DNA from: an uncultured Candidatus Binatia bacterium
Lineage (GTDB): Bacteria; Desulfobacterota; Binatia; Bin18
Assembly (NCBI GenBank): GCA_965200965.1
Contig: OZ241744.1
Location: 2,240,001 to 2,304,000 of the forward strand
Reading direction: 5' to 3'
DNA: 64,000 bases
The position numbers and the translations under genes are program-made. Shown in pieces: positions 18,545 through 28,232 of this stretch. Every line of letters begins with the position of its first letter. Within the stretch, counting starts at the first letter, position 1. Under the pieces are notes generated by a model. It saw nothing but the letters and a program-made list of their open reading frames with translations, was not told the origin of the DNA and made no database searches.

Positions 18545-18657
18545 GCCTGTGCCTTTCTCCGGTCTGTATCGCCGCCATAGGCGGAGGGCATGAGCGGGCG
18601 GCCACAGGCCAGCCAGCCGAGCGGGCGAGCCTCAGGTGAAGCGGGCCGCCCGGTATG

Positions 18658-19422
18658 TTACCGTCCCGGCTGACGGTCCAGGGCCGCCAAGCCCTCTAAG
18701 GCCAGACCATAGCCCAGCCCATCTCGAATTCCCCGCTTGAGTTCCTGGGTCAGGGCCACCCGCGCATAACGCAGGGTCAGGGGCGGTTGCTCGGCCAACT
18801 GCTCGGCCAGCTCCCAGGCCCGGGCCAGGAGGGCGTCTCGGGGCAGGACTTCGCTGACCACGCCGAGACTCAGGGCGTCCTGGGCCGACAGCTTCTGGCC
18901 CGTCAGCAGGAAATACCGCCCCCGGTTTGCCCCGAGTAACAACGGCCAGACCAGATGCACCCCGTCGCCCGGTACAACGCCATTGGGAAAATGAGGGGCA
19001 TCCTGGAAGGCGGCCGTGTCCGAGGCCAGGACAATATCGCACAACACGGCAATTTCGGCGTGGATCAGGGCTGGCCCGTTGACCGCGGCAATCATCGGCA
19101 CCTCAATATCCAGCAGGTTGAGCAGCAGGCGCTTGCCCTCCCAATAGATTTTGTCCCAGCCGCGCGGCGTGCCCAGACCGTCGCCGAAGCTGGCGAAATC
19201 AATCTCGGCACAGAAGGCATCGCCGGTCCCGGTCAGAATGACCACCCTGTTTTCGGGGTCGGCACCAATGTCGGCGCAGGCAGAGGCGAATTCTCGATGG
19301 ATGCTCTCGTTCCACACCATCGGGCCGCCGTTGTTATGGAGGGTCATCTCCAGGATGCCGTTGCGGCGTTGCATACGAATATCCTGGTACTTGTTGGCAT
19401 AGTCTTCGTTCGGCATAGTCAT
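18658..19422 (-). CDS. Crotonase-family beta-diketone hydrolase, 6-oxocamphor hydrolase (CamK)-like
   Basis: [49 protein letters not shown]. Confidence 0.85.
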   Translation of the reverse strand: MTMPNEDYANKYQDIRMQRRNGILEMTLHNNGGPMVWNESIHREFASACADIGADPENRVVILTGTGDAFCAEIDFASFGDGLGTPRGWDKIYWEGKRLLLNLLDIEVPMIAAVNGPALIHAEIAVLCDIVLASDTAAFQDAPHFPNGVVPGDGVHLVWPLLLGANRGRYFLLTGQKLSAQDALSLGVVSEVLPRDALLARAWELAEQLAEQPPLTLRYARVALTQELKRGIRDGLGYGLALEGLAALDRQPGR

Positions 19423-19508
19423 CCTCCTTATGCCGTGCGCTCGAACGGGAGTCGGGCCAGGTGCGCAGAGTTTGAACGCCTGAGCCGGTGCCGCTCCTCT
19501 CGGCTCCC

Positions 19509-19712
19509 CTAGCTGAAGATGAGACGCAGGGCGATACCAGTGGTCATCACCATCAGGTAAGCGACCTGCCACTGTAACACCGACAGCGTGCGCTCGACAT
19601 TCGCAAAGCGGTTTTCATACCCTGCCAGTTCCTCGGCGGCTTCGCGGGCAGTGTCCTCCGGGGCACCGGCCTGCTTCAGCGCCTCATAGGTTTTCATCAA
19701 GGCTGAGGCCAT
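19509..19712 (-). CDS. Small coiled-coil protein with C-terminal TM helix (DUF1640-like)
   Basis: [22 protein letters not shown], hydrophobic C-terminus, AAAGGA RBS. Confidence 0.65.
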   Translation of the reverse strand: MASALMKTYEALKQAGAPEDTAREAAEELAGYENRFANVERTLSVLQWQVAYLMVMTTGIALRLIFS

Positions 19713-19806
19713 AGTGTCCTTTCTTCGCCCCTGTTGTCCGCCTGGGCAGCAAGCGAACGCATGGCAGAGGGATGAGATGGGGGGCGTCCGAGCAGGACGG
19801 GGGGTT

Positions 19807-20868
19807 TCATTGCGCCCAGGCCGCCTGGTGCAAGGCCGGCAGCACCGCCCGGTTGAACAGCTGGTCGTGCAGCGTCAGATGAAAACACTCGACACCCAGG
19901 TCGTGAAACTCGTGCATCCGCCGGAGGATGGTGTCCGGGTTGCCGATCAGACGGCTGGCCAGGCCCTCGTTACTGTCCAGGTGGGTCAGCGGGTCGTCGC
20001 TCGGCTGCCACATGCCCCGCGCACCGCTGACCTTTTGCCGGCGGCGGGCCAGCATGGCCGTGTCCTGGCCGTCGAGCATGGCCTGAACAGCCGCCTCGGC
20101 CTCGCCATCGGTCTCACGGCACAGGGGAATGGCGTACAGGGCAAACCGGACTCGGCGGCCTGTCTCAGCCGTCCGTTTGCGGACCGTCTCGATAATGCGC
20201 CCGATTTTGTCGGGCCGGCCGCCGTTCAGAAACATCCAGTCCGAGTGCTGGGCGGCCAGGGTCATCGCTGCCGCGGACTGTCCGCCCTGGAAGACCTCCA
20301 GGTGGGTTGAGATCGGGCGCGGCTCCAGGCGCAGGCCGTAAACCTGGTAAAAACGCCCGACATAGTCAAACGCCTCGTGCGCCCACGCGCCGCGCAAAAT
20401 CTCGACAAACTCGCTCGTCCGGGCATAGCGCTCGTCGTGTTCAAGCAGCGCTGCCCCGTACATGCCAAACTCGGCCTCATGCCAGCCGGAGGTGAGGTTG
20501 ATTGACCACCGGCCACCCGTCAGCCGATCGAGCGTGGCCCCCCATTTGGCAATTGGCGCGGGCAGGAAAAAACCGGGATGGATGGCCGTAATAAGACGCA
20601 GACGCTGGGTTTGAGCGGCGTAAAAAGCGGTCATGGCCAGACAGTCATAGCTCGCCCCCTCGATTTCCTGCCCGCTCCCCCACCAGCGTTGGGCCACCAG
20701 GAGATAATCAATGCCGAGCGCTTCCACGGCCTGGACGGGACCGAGCAGACGCTCGGTCAGCGCCAGCCCGTGGAGTTCGGCCAAGCCCAGACTGGAGGTC
20801 CGGTTGTTGCTGAGTTGGGGGAGAGCCAGGGCGGTGGGTGCCCAGGTACAGGTCAGAATGCGTGCCAT
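19807..20868 (-). CDS. LLM-class flavin-dependent monooxygenase (SsuD/SfnG-like)
   Basis: LLVAQRW, LITAIHPG, ATLDRLTGGRWSINLTSGW, FQGGQSAAA. Confidence 0.85.
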   Translation of the reverse strand: MARILTCTWAPTALALPQLSNNRTSSLGLAELHGLALTERLLGPVQAVEALGIDYLLVAQRWWGSGQEIEGASYDCLAMTAFYAAQTQRLRLITAIHPGFFLPAPIAKWGATLDRLTGGRWSINLTSGWHEAEFGMYGAALLEHDERYARTSEFVEILRGAWAHEAFDYVGRFYQVYGLRLEPRPISTHLEVFQGGQSAAAMTLAAQHSDWMFLNGGRPDKIGRIIETVRKRTAETGRRVRFALYAIPLCRETDGEAEAAVQAMLDGQDTAMLARRRQKVSGARGMWQPSDDPLTHLDSNEGLASRLIGNPDTILRRMHEFHDLGVECFHLTLHDQLFNRAVLPALHQAAWAQ

Positions 20869-20973
20869 GACACCTCCATATCCCAAGTGAACCGGCGGAC
20901 ATTTTTGGGTGGACAGGAGAGTGGGGACGGAATCGCCCGCCAAGCGGAGCCGGACGGGCGGTGGGGAACGAAC

Positions 20974-21351
20974 TCAGCCCATGCAGATGGCGTTCAGTTT
21001 ATTGCCGTCCAGGTCGCGGAAATAGCCGATGTAGGGGCCCTTATCTCCGCCACGCCGACCGGGTGCCCCTTCGTCGGTACCGCCCAATTCCAGCGCTTTT
21101 TTGTGGATGGCGTCCACTTTTGCGGAACTGTTCGCGGCCAGGGCAACCATGACCCCGTTGCCGACACTGGCGGCCTTGCCGTCAAACGGGCTGGAGACGG
21201 CCAGGTTGGGTGCGCCGGGCTTGCCCCAGAGTTTGATGCGACCGGCATCCATGATCACCTTGATAGCGGGGTCGAGTTCGGCCAGCAGAGCGTTATAGAA
21301 ACTGGTCGCCCGTTCCATATCGTTTGTGCCCAGGGTGACATATGCAATCAT
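20974..21351 (-). CDS. VOC family protein
   Basis: MIAYVTLGTND, ASVGNGVMVAL, DEGAPGRR, YFRDLDGNKL. Confidence 0.9.
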   Translation of the reverse strand: MIAYVTLGTNDMERATSFYNALLAELDPAIKVIMDAGRIKLWGKPGAPNLAVSSPFDGKAASVGNGVMVALAANSSAKVDAIHKKALELGGTDEGAPGRRGGDKGPYIGYFRDLDGNKLNAICMG

Positions 21352-21460
21352 CACTGCTCTCCTTTCATCAGTCAGACTTGGCCGAAATGTGGCATAGTCT
21401 GGCGGCCTTGGGAAGTCCCCCGATCCGGAGTCCGGGGTGTCGGGCGTACAGGGGCGTTGT

Positions 21461-23119
21461 TCAGGAGGCCGCCTCGCTCGCCTTCCACACCTCTGCCTCA
21501 TCCCCGGACAACTGGGCCAGGCGTGCGTCGAGCTCGGGCAGCACATGCTCAAAGGTGAACCGGTACAGATGGACGCCGATGAACAGGGTGTGGAGTGAGT
21601 TGGGGACTTGGTCGGGCCGTTTTTTCAGCAGTGCCCAGATGAACCTCAGGCTCTCCCGTTTATATTCCGCGGGCAGCTGTCGAAAAGCGTTCTGGAGCAC
21701 CCGCACACGGGACAGCAGGCTGTCGGCCTGGTGTGAGGTGCTGGCCGTTGAGCGGACGATCGTACTGCCGAGGATGCGCCACATATGCCGCAGACCGCCT
21801 TGCACACGGGCGAGCGACGAGCTTGGGCCGGGTTGGCGGCACAGGGCGTCGAGCAGCCGGCCAAAGAACTCGCTCGGGGTGTAGATCGTCTGGAGAATCT
21901 TGCGGTAGCCTTCAAGCAGGGCTCGGCGCGGCAGAACCGGGACAATGTTGGTGAAACCGCCGTGGGTCGTAAACCGGTCGGAATCCGCGTCGAGCAGCCG
22001 GCCGGCCTGTTCCAGACGGGTGTACAGGGGCGTACTGGGCAGGGCGACCAGCAGCCCGACCATAGCGTTGGGGACGGCAATCTGTCGGATGAAGTCGATC
22101 TGTCGATCGAAGATGTCTTCGTTATCGTTGTCAAACCCCAGAATAAAGCCACCGGTGACCATCAGGCCGGCGTGCTGAATGACTTTGACCGAATCGACCA
22201 GCGAGCGCTTGATATTCTGATATTTCCTGGTTTCTTTGAGACTGGCGATCGACGGGGTCTCAAGGCCGAGAAAGACCGTCTTGAAATTCGAGGCCACCAT
22301 CTGGGCTATCAACTCGTCGTCGTTGGCCAGATCGACGGTGGCTTCGGTGATGTAGACAAAGGGCGAATCGTGCGCCTCGTTCCAGACCGTCAGCTCGGGC
22401 AGCAGCTTTTTGACCTCCCGCTTATTGCCGATAAAATTGTCGTCCACAATAAAGACGCTGCCCCGGTAGCCGGTCTGGTACAGGGCATCGAGCTCGGCCA
22501 GCATCTGGGCCGGCGTTTTTGTCCGGGGCCGACGGCCAAACATCACGATGATGTCGCAGAACTCGCACTGGAACGGACAGCCGCGCGAGAACTGAATCGG
22601 CAGCGAGCCGTACTGACTGATATCGAGCAGATCGAAGCGGGGTACCGGGCTCTGGGTGACATCGGGCTTTTCGGGGCTGGTGTAGACCGCCTGGCGGGTC
22701 CCGGCCTCCAGGTCGGCCAGAAAAGCCGGCCAGGTGACCTCGCCCTCGTTCAGCACCAGCACATCGGCGTAGGGCTGACACTCCTCGGGGCAGGCGGTCG
22801 GATACGGGCCGCCAAAGACCACCAGCTTGCCGGCCGCCTTGCAGCGCTCGGCAACCGCAAACAGCGAGGTCTTTTGTGAAATCATGGCCGACAGACACAC
22901 CAGGTCAGCCCACTCCAGGTCATCATCGGTCAACGACCCGCAGTTGAGATCGACCAGCCGGAAGTCATAGTCGTCCGGCGTCAGGGCGGCGATGGTAATC
23001 AGGCCCAGCGGCGGCATAAAGGACTTCTTGTTGAAGATGGGCAGGACGTACTGCATCCCCCAGTAGGTCAGGGGAAACTCAGGATAGACGAGCAGGATAT
23101 GACGATAGCTGTGCTTCAT
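21461..23119 (-). CDS. B12-binding radical SAM protein (DUF4070-type)
   Basis: PPLGLITIAA, GGPYPT, SRGCPFQCEFC, VDDNFIGN, GFILGFDND. Confidence 0.9.
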   Translation of the reverse strand: MKHSYRHILLVYPEFPLTYWGMQYVLPIFNKKSFMPPLGLITIAALTPDDYDFRLVDLNCGSLTDDDLEWADLVCLSAMISQKTSLFAVAERCKAAGKLVVFGGPYPTACPEECQPYADVLVLNEGEVTWPAFLADLEAGTRQAVYTSPEKPDVTQSPVPRFDLLDISQYGSLPIQFSRGCPFQCEFCDIIVMFGRRPRTKTPAQMLAELDALYQTGYRGSVFIVDDNFIGNKREVKKLLPELTVWNEAHDSPFVYITEATVDLANDDELIAQMVASNFKTVFLGLETPSIASLKETRKYQNIKRSLVDSVKVIQHAGLMVTGGFILGFDNDNEDIFDRQIDFIRQIAVPNAMVGLLVALPSTPLYTRLEQAGRLLDADSDRFTTHGGFTNIVPVLPRRALLEGYRKILQTIYTPSEFFGRLLDALCRQPGPSSSLARVQGGLRHMWRILGSTIVRSTASTSHQADSLLSRVRVLQNAFRQLPAEYKRESLRFIWALLKKRPDQVPNSLHTLFIGVHLYRFTFEHVLPELDARLAQLSGDEAEVWKASEAAS

Positions 23120-23354
23120 AGTGACCCTCTCTCCCCTGTTGTATAGCGAACCGTGACGGCTTTTGACAGGGGGAGTGTACAGGGGATAGACACGCCGCGC
23201 TACACAACGCTGGTTTGGGCGGGATGTATCCTGCCGCGGGCAGCAATTTTTGTTCTTTTGAACGCGCCCATACCGCCAGACAGAAAGGCTCCCCCATGAC
23301 CCGGCCAGTCCCTGCACCAAAGATGGTGACCTTGGCCTCATGCGCGTCAACAAC

Positions 23355-23465
23355 CCCAAGGTGTACAAACGGGTGTGTGAGCTGGCCGAACACGACCCGG
23401 CTCCGTGGCAGCCGGCCCCGCTGCTCAAGCGGCTGGCCGAAGCCGGCCGGACTTTCAATCAGGGC
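23355..23465 (+). pseudogene. Remnant of the 3' end of a 3-hydroxyacyl-CoA dehydrogenase (FadB/FadN-like) gene
   Basis: PKVYKRVCELAEHDPAPWQPAPLLKRLAEAGRTF matches the typical W.PAPLL.RLA..G.TF terminus. Confidence 0.6.
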
Positions 23466-23492
23466 TGGGGACCTCCGCCCCTAATTGCCTTG

Positions 23493-23510
23493 TATCAGAA
23501 AAAAGTGATA
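23493..23510. promoter_or_regulatory. Putative operator for the XRE antitoxin
   Basis: TATCA-N8-TGATA inverted repeat ending 7 nt before the toxin GTG. Confidence 0.45.
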
Positions 23511-23516
23511 ACAGGT

Positions 23517-23882
23517 GTGTGGGAGTTCCGGGAATATCAGAGCAGCAAGGGGAAGCGTCCGGTGTCGGAGTGGTACGAAGCGTTGTCACAGAAAAACCGG
23601 GCGAGCGCCGACAGGTTCCTGGGTATCGTCCAGAAGCTGGAGCAGCTCAAACCACCGCGCTTCAAGAAATTTCGGGAGTTGCTGGAAGCGCGCTGGTTCG
23701 GGCAAAACAGGGTCCCGCATCGGATATTCTGTGACAAGCCATCTGACAGGCAAGTGACATTTCTGTGTGACTGTACCCACAAAGACAGGCGATATACCCC
23801 GACAAACGCCTGCAATACGGCTCTCAGACGCCGTGACGAAATACAGAACGGGGAGGCTGGCACGCATGAGTTCAATTTCTAA
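23517..23882 (+). CDS. RelE/HigB (Gp49-like) toxin
   Basis: WEFREYQSSKGKRPVSEWY, FKKFRELLEARW, VPHRIF, CTHK; overlaps the downstream HTH gene. Confidence 0.75.
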   Translation: MWEFREYQSSKGKRPVSEWYEALSQKNRASADRFLGIVQKLEQLKPPRFKKFRELLEARWFGQNRVPHRIFCDKPSDRQVTFLCDCTHKDRRYTPTNACNTALRRRDEIQNGEAGTHEFNF

Positions 23883-24546
23883 GCTGTGGCGGAAATTGGA
23901 GACAAAGGAGTACCGGGACGGCTACACGCAAGCGCAGCTCTCCATTGAGGTCCCTTTCCAGATTCGTGCGCTCCGCAAAGCACGCGGCTGGACCCAAGCC
24001 CAATTAGCTGAACGGTGCGGCATTCCGCAGGCCCGGATATCCCACATTGAACAGCCCGGGCGGGACCCGCTGTCGTTACGCACACTGTACCGGCTGTCGG
24101 CGGCCTTTGATGTCGGGCTGCTCGTCGAGTTTGTGCCCTTCAGTGAGCTGATCCGCCGTGAAGCGGCGTTTGACCCCAAGACCTTCAGCGTCCCCAGCTT
24201 CAAGGACGACCGGATGCAGACAGTTTTCTCTATCGCGTCTACATCAGCGAAGTTGTCATCTTTCAGAAGCGCGTCCACGCCTGGACGGATACAGCATCAG
24301 CGGCAAGTGGCGGAGAGATGGATCCAAGCGTGGCGGCCTCGCACGGATCGCACGGTATGGATACAGCATCAGCCACAAGCACAGGATGAGGCCCGTCCCA
24401 TGTCGCTCAAGACGGATCAACTCCCAGGGAAAGCGCCGCTATGGCCACCTTCCCTGCCGGTCAATCCAATCTCCTCCATTCCAGGAGATTACCGATATTA
24501 CAGCGGGAGGATGTCCCATGCCTACGAAACGCAGGTCACAGGATAA
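23866..24546 (+). CDS. XRE-family HTH antitoxin (HigA-like) with ~115-aa low-complexity C-terminal extension
   Basis: FQIRALRKARGWTQAQLAERCGIPQARISHIE, TLYRLSAAFDVGLLVEFVPFS. Confidence 0.85.
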   Translation: MSSISKLWRKLETKEYRDGYTQAQLSIEVPFQIRALRKARGWTQAQLAERCGIPQARISHIEQPGRDPLSLRTLYRLSAAFDVGLLVEFVPFSELIRREAAFDPKTFSVPSFKDDRMQTVFSIASTSAKLSSFRSASTPGRIQHQRQVAERWIQAWRPRTDRTVWIQHQPQAQDEARPMSLKTDQLPGKAPLWPPSLPVNPISSIPGDYRYYSGRMSHAYETQVTG

Positions 24547-24829
24547 GCCTGTCAACATCAATGAATTGCCGCAGCGGCAGGCGGCGGCATATGTTTCGAC
24601 ATACTCGAATAATGTTGAAGCAGGGACCACGCCTTGGGACTTCCGGTTTCTGTTCTTCGAGATTACCGAAGATGAAAGCGGGGAGCTTATACGCGAGAAG
24701 AAGGCTCGCGTGGTCATGTCCCCTCAGCACGCTATCGCCTTTTCTCAGTTATTGAACAATACTGTTGCCAAGTGGATGAAAGACCACGCCTCCGATGAGA
24801 ATGCTGACACAGAGCGTGAGGACACCTGA
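24518..24829 (+). CDS. DUF3467-like protein
   Basis: GGGAGG RBS; TYSNNVEAGTTPWDFRFLF...ARVVMSPQHAIAFSQLLNNTVAKW. Confidence 0.75.
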   Translation: MPTKRRSQDKPVNINELPQRQAAAYVSTYSNNVEAGTTPWDFRFLFFEITEDESGELIREKKARVVMSPQHAIAFSQLLNNTVAKWMKDHASDENADTEREDT

Positions 24830-24851
24830 CTTCATGGCATGAAGGACCGTT

Positions 24852-27800
24852 GTGGATAATCGCTTCTTTGCCCAGCCGGTCCTGAACTCTCCCTACGCCT
24901 ATCCGACGCACCACTGGGAGTTGGACGAGCAGGGCCAGCCCACACAACGGATCAGCGAAGGCCGCCGCCGTGTGGCCTTCATCACCCCGGTTCCCACGCC
25001 CAGGAAGCGCAAACAACTCGAACTGGCCCTTGGCCCCGGCCAGGGACTTTCAAGCCCAGAGCAACAGTACGACCCGACCTCAATTATCAACGCCCTGCGC
25101 CGTCAGGTAGACCAGTGGCGCAGCCGGCCAGACCCGGCCGACTGGCGGGTCACGCCACAGACCGCCCGGCTGCTCCAGCACTGGCGACACCACCAATTTC
25201 ACACCATCCGCCCGTTCTTCTGTCAACTTGAAGCGCTTGAAACCGTGATCTGGCTGACTGAGGTCGCGCCAGGGGCCGGCAAGACCGGCAGGGACTTTCT
25301 CAGCTACCTGAGCAACGCCAACCCCGGTCTGGCCCGGCTGGCCCTCAAGCTGGCCACTGGTGCCGGCAAGACCACCGTCATGGCGATGCTGATCGCCTGG
25401 CAGACCATCAACGCGGTCCGCCACCCCGCCAGCCGGAGGTTTACCCGCGGCTTCCTCGTCGTCACCCCGGGCATCACCGTCAAAGACCGGCTGCGCGTCC
25501 TGTACCCGAACGACCCGGACAGCTATTACGCCAGCCGGGAACTGGTTCCCAGGGATATGCTCCTTGACCTGGAACGGGCCAAGATCGTGATTACCAACTA
25601 CCACGCCTTCAAGCGGCGCGAGCGCCTGGAGTTGTCAAAAGGCGGCCGCGCCCTGCTCCAGGGTCGGGGCGCGGCGCTGAGCACCCTGGAGAGCGAGGGC
25701 CAGATGCTTCAGCGGGTCATGCCCGAGCTGCTGGGCATGAAGCACATCCTGGCGTTGAACGACGAGGCCCACCACTGTTATCGGGAGAAGCTGGGAGCAG
25801 ACGCCGAGGCCGGCTCAGGAAGGGACGGAACGTGCCGTCAGGGCGAGAGGAAGGCGACCCGTTCCATCCTCGGCCAGGACAGGGCAGAGGCCGACAAAAA
25901 CAACGCCGCGGCCCGGCTGTGGATCTCCGGTCTGGAGGCGGTGGGCCACAAGCTGGGCCTCAGCCGGGTGATTGACCTGTCGGCAACGCCGTTTTTCCTG
26001 CGCGGCTCAGGCTATGCCGAGGGCACCCTCTTTCCCTGGACGGTGAGCGACTTCTCGCTGATGGACGCGATTGAGTGCGGGATTGTCAAGCTGCCGCGCG
26101 TCCCGGTGGCCGACAATATCCCCGGCGAGGGGATGCCCAGGTTCCGCAACCTGTGGGATCATATTGGCCGGCAGATGCCCAGAAAAGGCCGGGGCAAGAC
26201 CCGCGGTCTCGATCCGCTCAGCCTGCCAGTCGAGCTGCAAACCGCGCTGGATGCCCTGTACGGACACTACGAAAAGACCTATGCGCGGTGGATGGAGCGC
26301 GGTGTTGCGGCCCCCCCGTGCTTTATTGTGGTGTGCAATACCACCGCGACCTCCAAGCTGGTGTACGACTACATTGCCGGCTTTGAGCGCCACAACCCGG
26401 ACGGATCAACGACGCTGGAGAATGGCCGTCTGGCGCTCTTTCAGAACTTTGACCAGGGCGGGAGCCCCCTGGCCCGTCCCCGCACCCTGCTTATTGACAG
26501 CGAACAGCTCGAATCCGGCGCTGCCCTTGACCCGAACTTTCGGGCTATGGCGGCTGACGAGATTGCACGCTTCCGCCGTGAGATTGTCGAGAGGGGCGAC
26601 CGTCGGCAGGCCGAACACCTTTCTGACCAGGACCTGCTCAGGGAGGTGATGAACACGGTCGGCAAGCCGGGCCGGCTCGGCGAGTCGATCCGCTGCGTGG
26701 TGTCGGTGGCCATGCTGACCGAAGGCTGGGACGCCAACACCGTCACCCATGTGCTGGGCGTCCGCGCCTTTGGGACCCAACTCTTGTGCGAGCAAGTCAT
26801 TGGCCGGGCTTTGCGCCGGCAGTCCTATGAGCTCGACGACGACGGGCTGTTGCCTGTTGAGTACGCCGATGTGCTGGGGATTCCGTTCGACTTTACCGCC
26901 AAGCCGGTCGTTGCTCCGCCCCAGCCACCGCGTGAGACCGTCCGGGTCAAGGCCGTGCAGCCCGAGCGCGACCGGCTCGCCATCCGGTTTCCGCGTGTTG
27001 AAGGCTATCGGGTTGAACTGCCCGAGGAACGGCTCAGCGCCGCGTTCACCAAGGATTCTGTGCTGGAACTGACGCCGGACCTCGTCGGCCCGCCCATCAC
27101 CCGCAACGCCGGCATTATTGGCGAAGATGTCAACCTCAGCCTCGAACACCGGCAAGACCTGCGTCGCTCAAGCCTGCTGTACCAGCTTGCCAAGCGGCTG
27201 CTGTACACCCACTGGCGCGACCCCGGCCAGCAGCCCAAGCTCCACCTCTTCGGCCAGCTCAAGCGCATCACCAGGCAGTGGTTTGACAGCTGCCTGCGCT
27301 GTACCGGCGGCACCTATCCGGCTCAACTCATGTACCAGGAGCTGGCCGATATGGCCTGCGAGCGCATTACTGCCGGCATTACCCGCTCCCTGGTGGGCCA
27401 ACGGCCGGTCAAGGCCATGCTTGACCCCTACAACCCCACCGGCTCCACCAGCCAGGTGAACTTCAGCAGCTCCAGTCGCAACCGCTGGCAGGCGGACGCC
27501 CGCAAGTGTCACCTCAACTGGCTGATGCTGGACAGCGACTGGGAGGCCGAGTTCTGCCGTGTGGCCGAGGCCCACCCCCGGGTCCGGGCCTATGTCAAGA
27601 ACCACAATCTCGGCCTGGAAGTCCCCTACCGCTACGGCTCGGCCCCGCGTCGCTATATCCCCGACTTCATCGTCCTGCTTGACGACGGCCGGCCCGACCC
27701 CGTGCAGTTCATCGTCGAGATCAAAGGCTATCGGGGCGAAGACGCCAAGGAAAAAAGGGCGGCGATGGAGACCTGCTGGCTGCCTGGGGTCAACCGGCTC

Positions 27801-27899
27801 GGCGAGTACGGACGCTGGGCCTTTGCCGAGTTCACCGCCGTCTATGAGATTGACCGGCAGTTCGGGGAGCTGGTTGCGGCCCAGGTGGGCCGGGGCTGA
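24852..27899 (+). CDS. res: Type III restriction endonuclease subunit (BPTD_3080-like)
   Basis: LNSPY, PFFCQLEA, KLATGAGKT, NDEAHHCY, DLSATP, MLTEGWD, YIPDFIV..IVEIKG. Confidence 0.9.
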   Translation: MDNRFFAQPVLNSPYAYPTHHWELDEQGQPTQRISEGRRRVAFITPVPTPRKRKQLELALGPGQGLSSPEQQYDPTSIINALRRQVDQWRSRPDPADWRVTPQTARLLQHWRHHQFHTIRPFFCQLEALETVIWLTEVAPGAGKTGRDFLSYLSNANPGLARLALKLATGAGKTTVMAMLIAWQTINAVRHPASRRFTRGFLVVTPGITVKDRLRVLYPNDPDSYYASRELVPRDMLLDLERAKIVITNYHAFKRRERLELSKGGRALLQGRGAALSTLESEGQMLQRVMPELLGMKHILALNDEAHHCYREKLGADAEAGSGRDGTCRQGERKATRSILGQDRAEADKNNAAARLWISGLEAVGHKLGLSRVIDLSATPFFLRGSGYAEGTLFPWTVSDFSLMDAIECGIVKLPRVPVADNIPGEGMPRFRNLWDHIGRQMPRKGRGKTRGLDPLSLPVELQTALDALYGHYEKTYARWMERGVAAPPCFIVVCNTTATSKLVYDYIAGFERHNPDGSTTLENGRLALFQNFDQGGSPLARPRTLLIDSEQLESGAALDPNFRAMAADEIARFRREIVERGDRRQAEHLSDQDLLREVMNTVGKPGRLGESIRCVVSVAMLTEGWDANTVTHVLGVRAFGTQLLCEQVIGRALRRQSYELDDDGLLPVEYADVLGIPFDFTAKPVVAPPQPPRETVRVKAVQPERDRLAIRFPRVEGYRVELPEERLSAAFTKDSVLELTPDLVGPPITRNAGIIGEDVNLSLEHRQDLRRSSLLYQLAKRLLYTHWRDPGQQPKLHLFGQLKRITRQWFDSCLRCTGGTYPAQLMYQELADMACERITAGITRSLVGQRPVKAMLDPYNPTGSTSQVNFSSSSRNRWQADARKCHLNWLMLDSDWEAEFCRVAEAHPRVRAYVKNHNLGLEVPYRYGSAPRRYIPDFIVLLDDGRPDPVQFIVEIKGYRGEDAKEKRAAMETCWLPGVNRLGEYGRWAFAEFTAVYEIDRQFGELVAAQVGRG

Positions 27900-27956
27900 C
27901 CCGGGCCGGGGGCCGGACGCTTGCCTTTGTGGCCAAAAACCCTGTAGAAAGAGCCT

Positions 27957-28232
27957 GTGCCCAAATACCTGCTCATTCTTGAAGACCCGTCCGCGCTGGA
28001 CAAAGACAAGCTGACCGCCCGCTACAAGGTGGTCTACAGCATCAACCCGCATACCTGGGCGATCCACACCAGCGACTCTACGCGCCAAATAAGCGAAGCC
28101 TTATTCTCCCCCCCGTCTGAAACCTACCTGCCGCCGTCCCATTCGGTGTACCGGATAGACGCCTGGTGGGGATACGAGACCCGCACGCTGTGGGAATGGA
28201 TGGACCGCAAGGAGGCCTGGCTTCGTGATTGA
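27957..28232 (+). CDS. Small hypothetical protein ending WWGYxxRxLWEW
   Basis: GTG start, 91 aa, 8-nt overlap with next gene; decayed relative at 50637-50833. Confidence 0.6.
   Translation: MPKYLLILEDPSALDKDKLTARYKVVYSINPHTWAIHTSDSTRQISEALFSPPSETYLPPSHSVYRIDAWWGYETRTLWEWMDRKEAWLRD

Noticed and set aside
23340-23882. 180-aa fusion toxin
   Set aside because: The first ~59 codons are a fadB-like remnant and promoter DNA; the toxin fold begins at 23517
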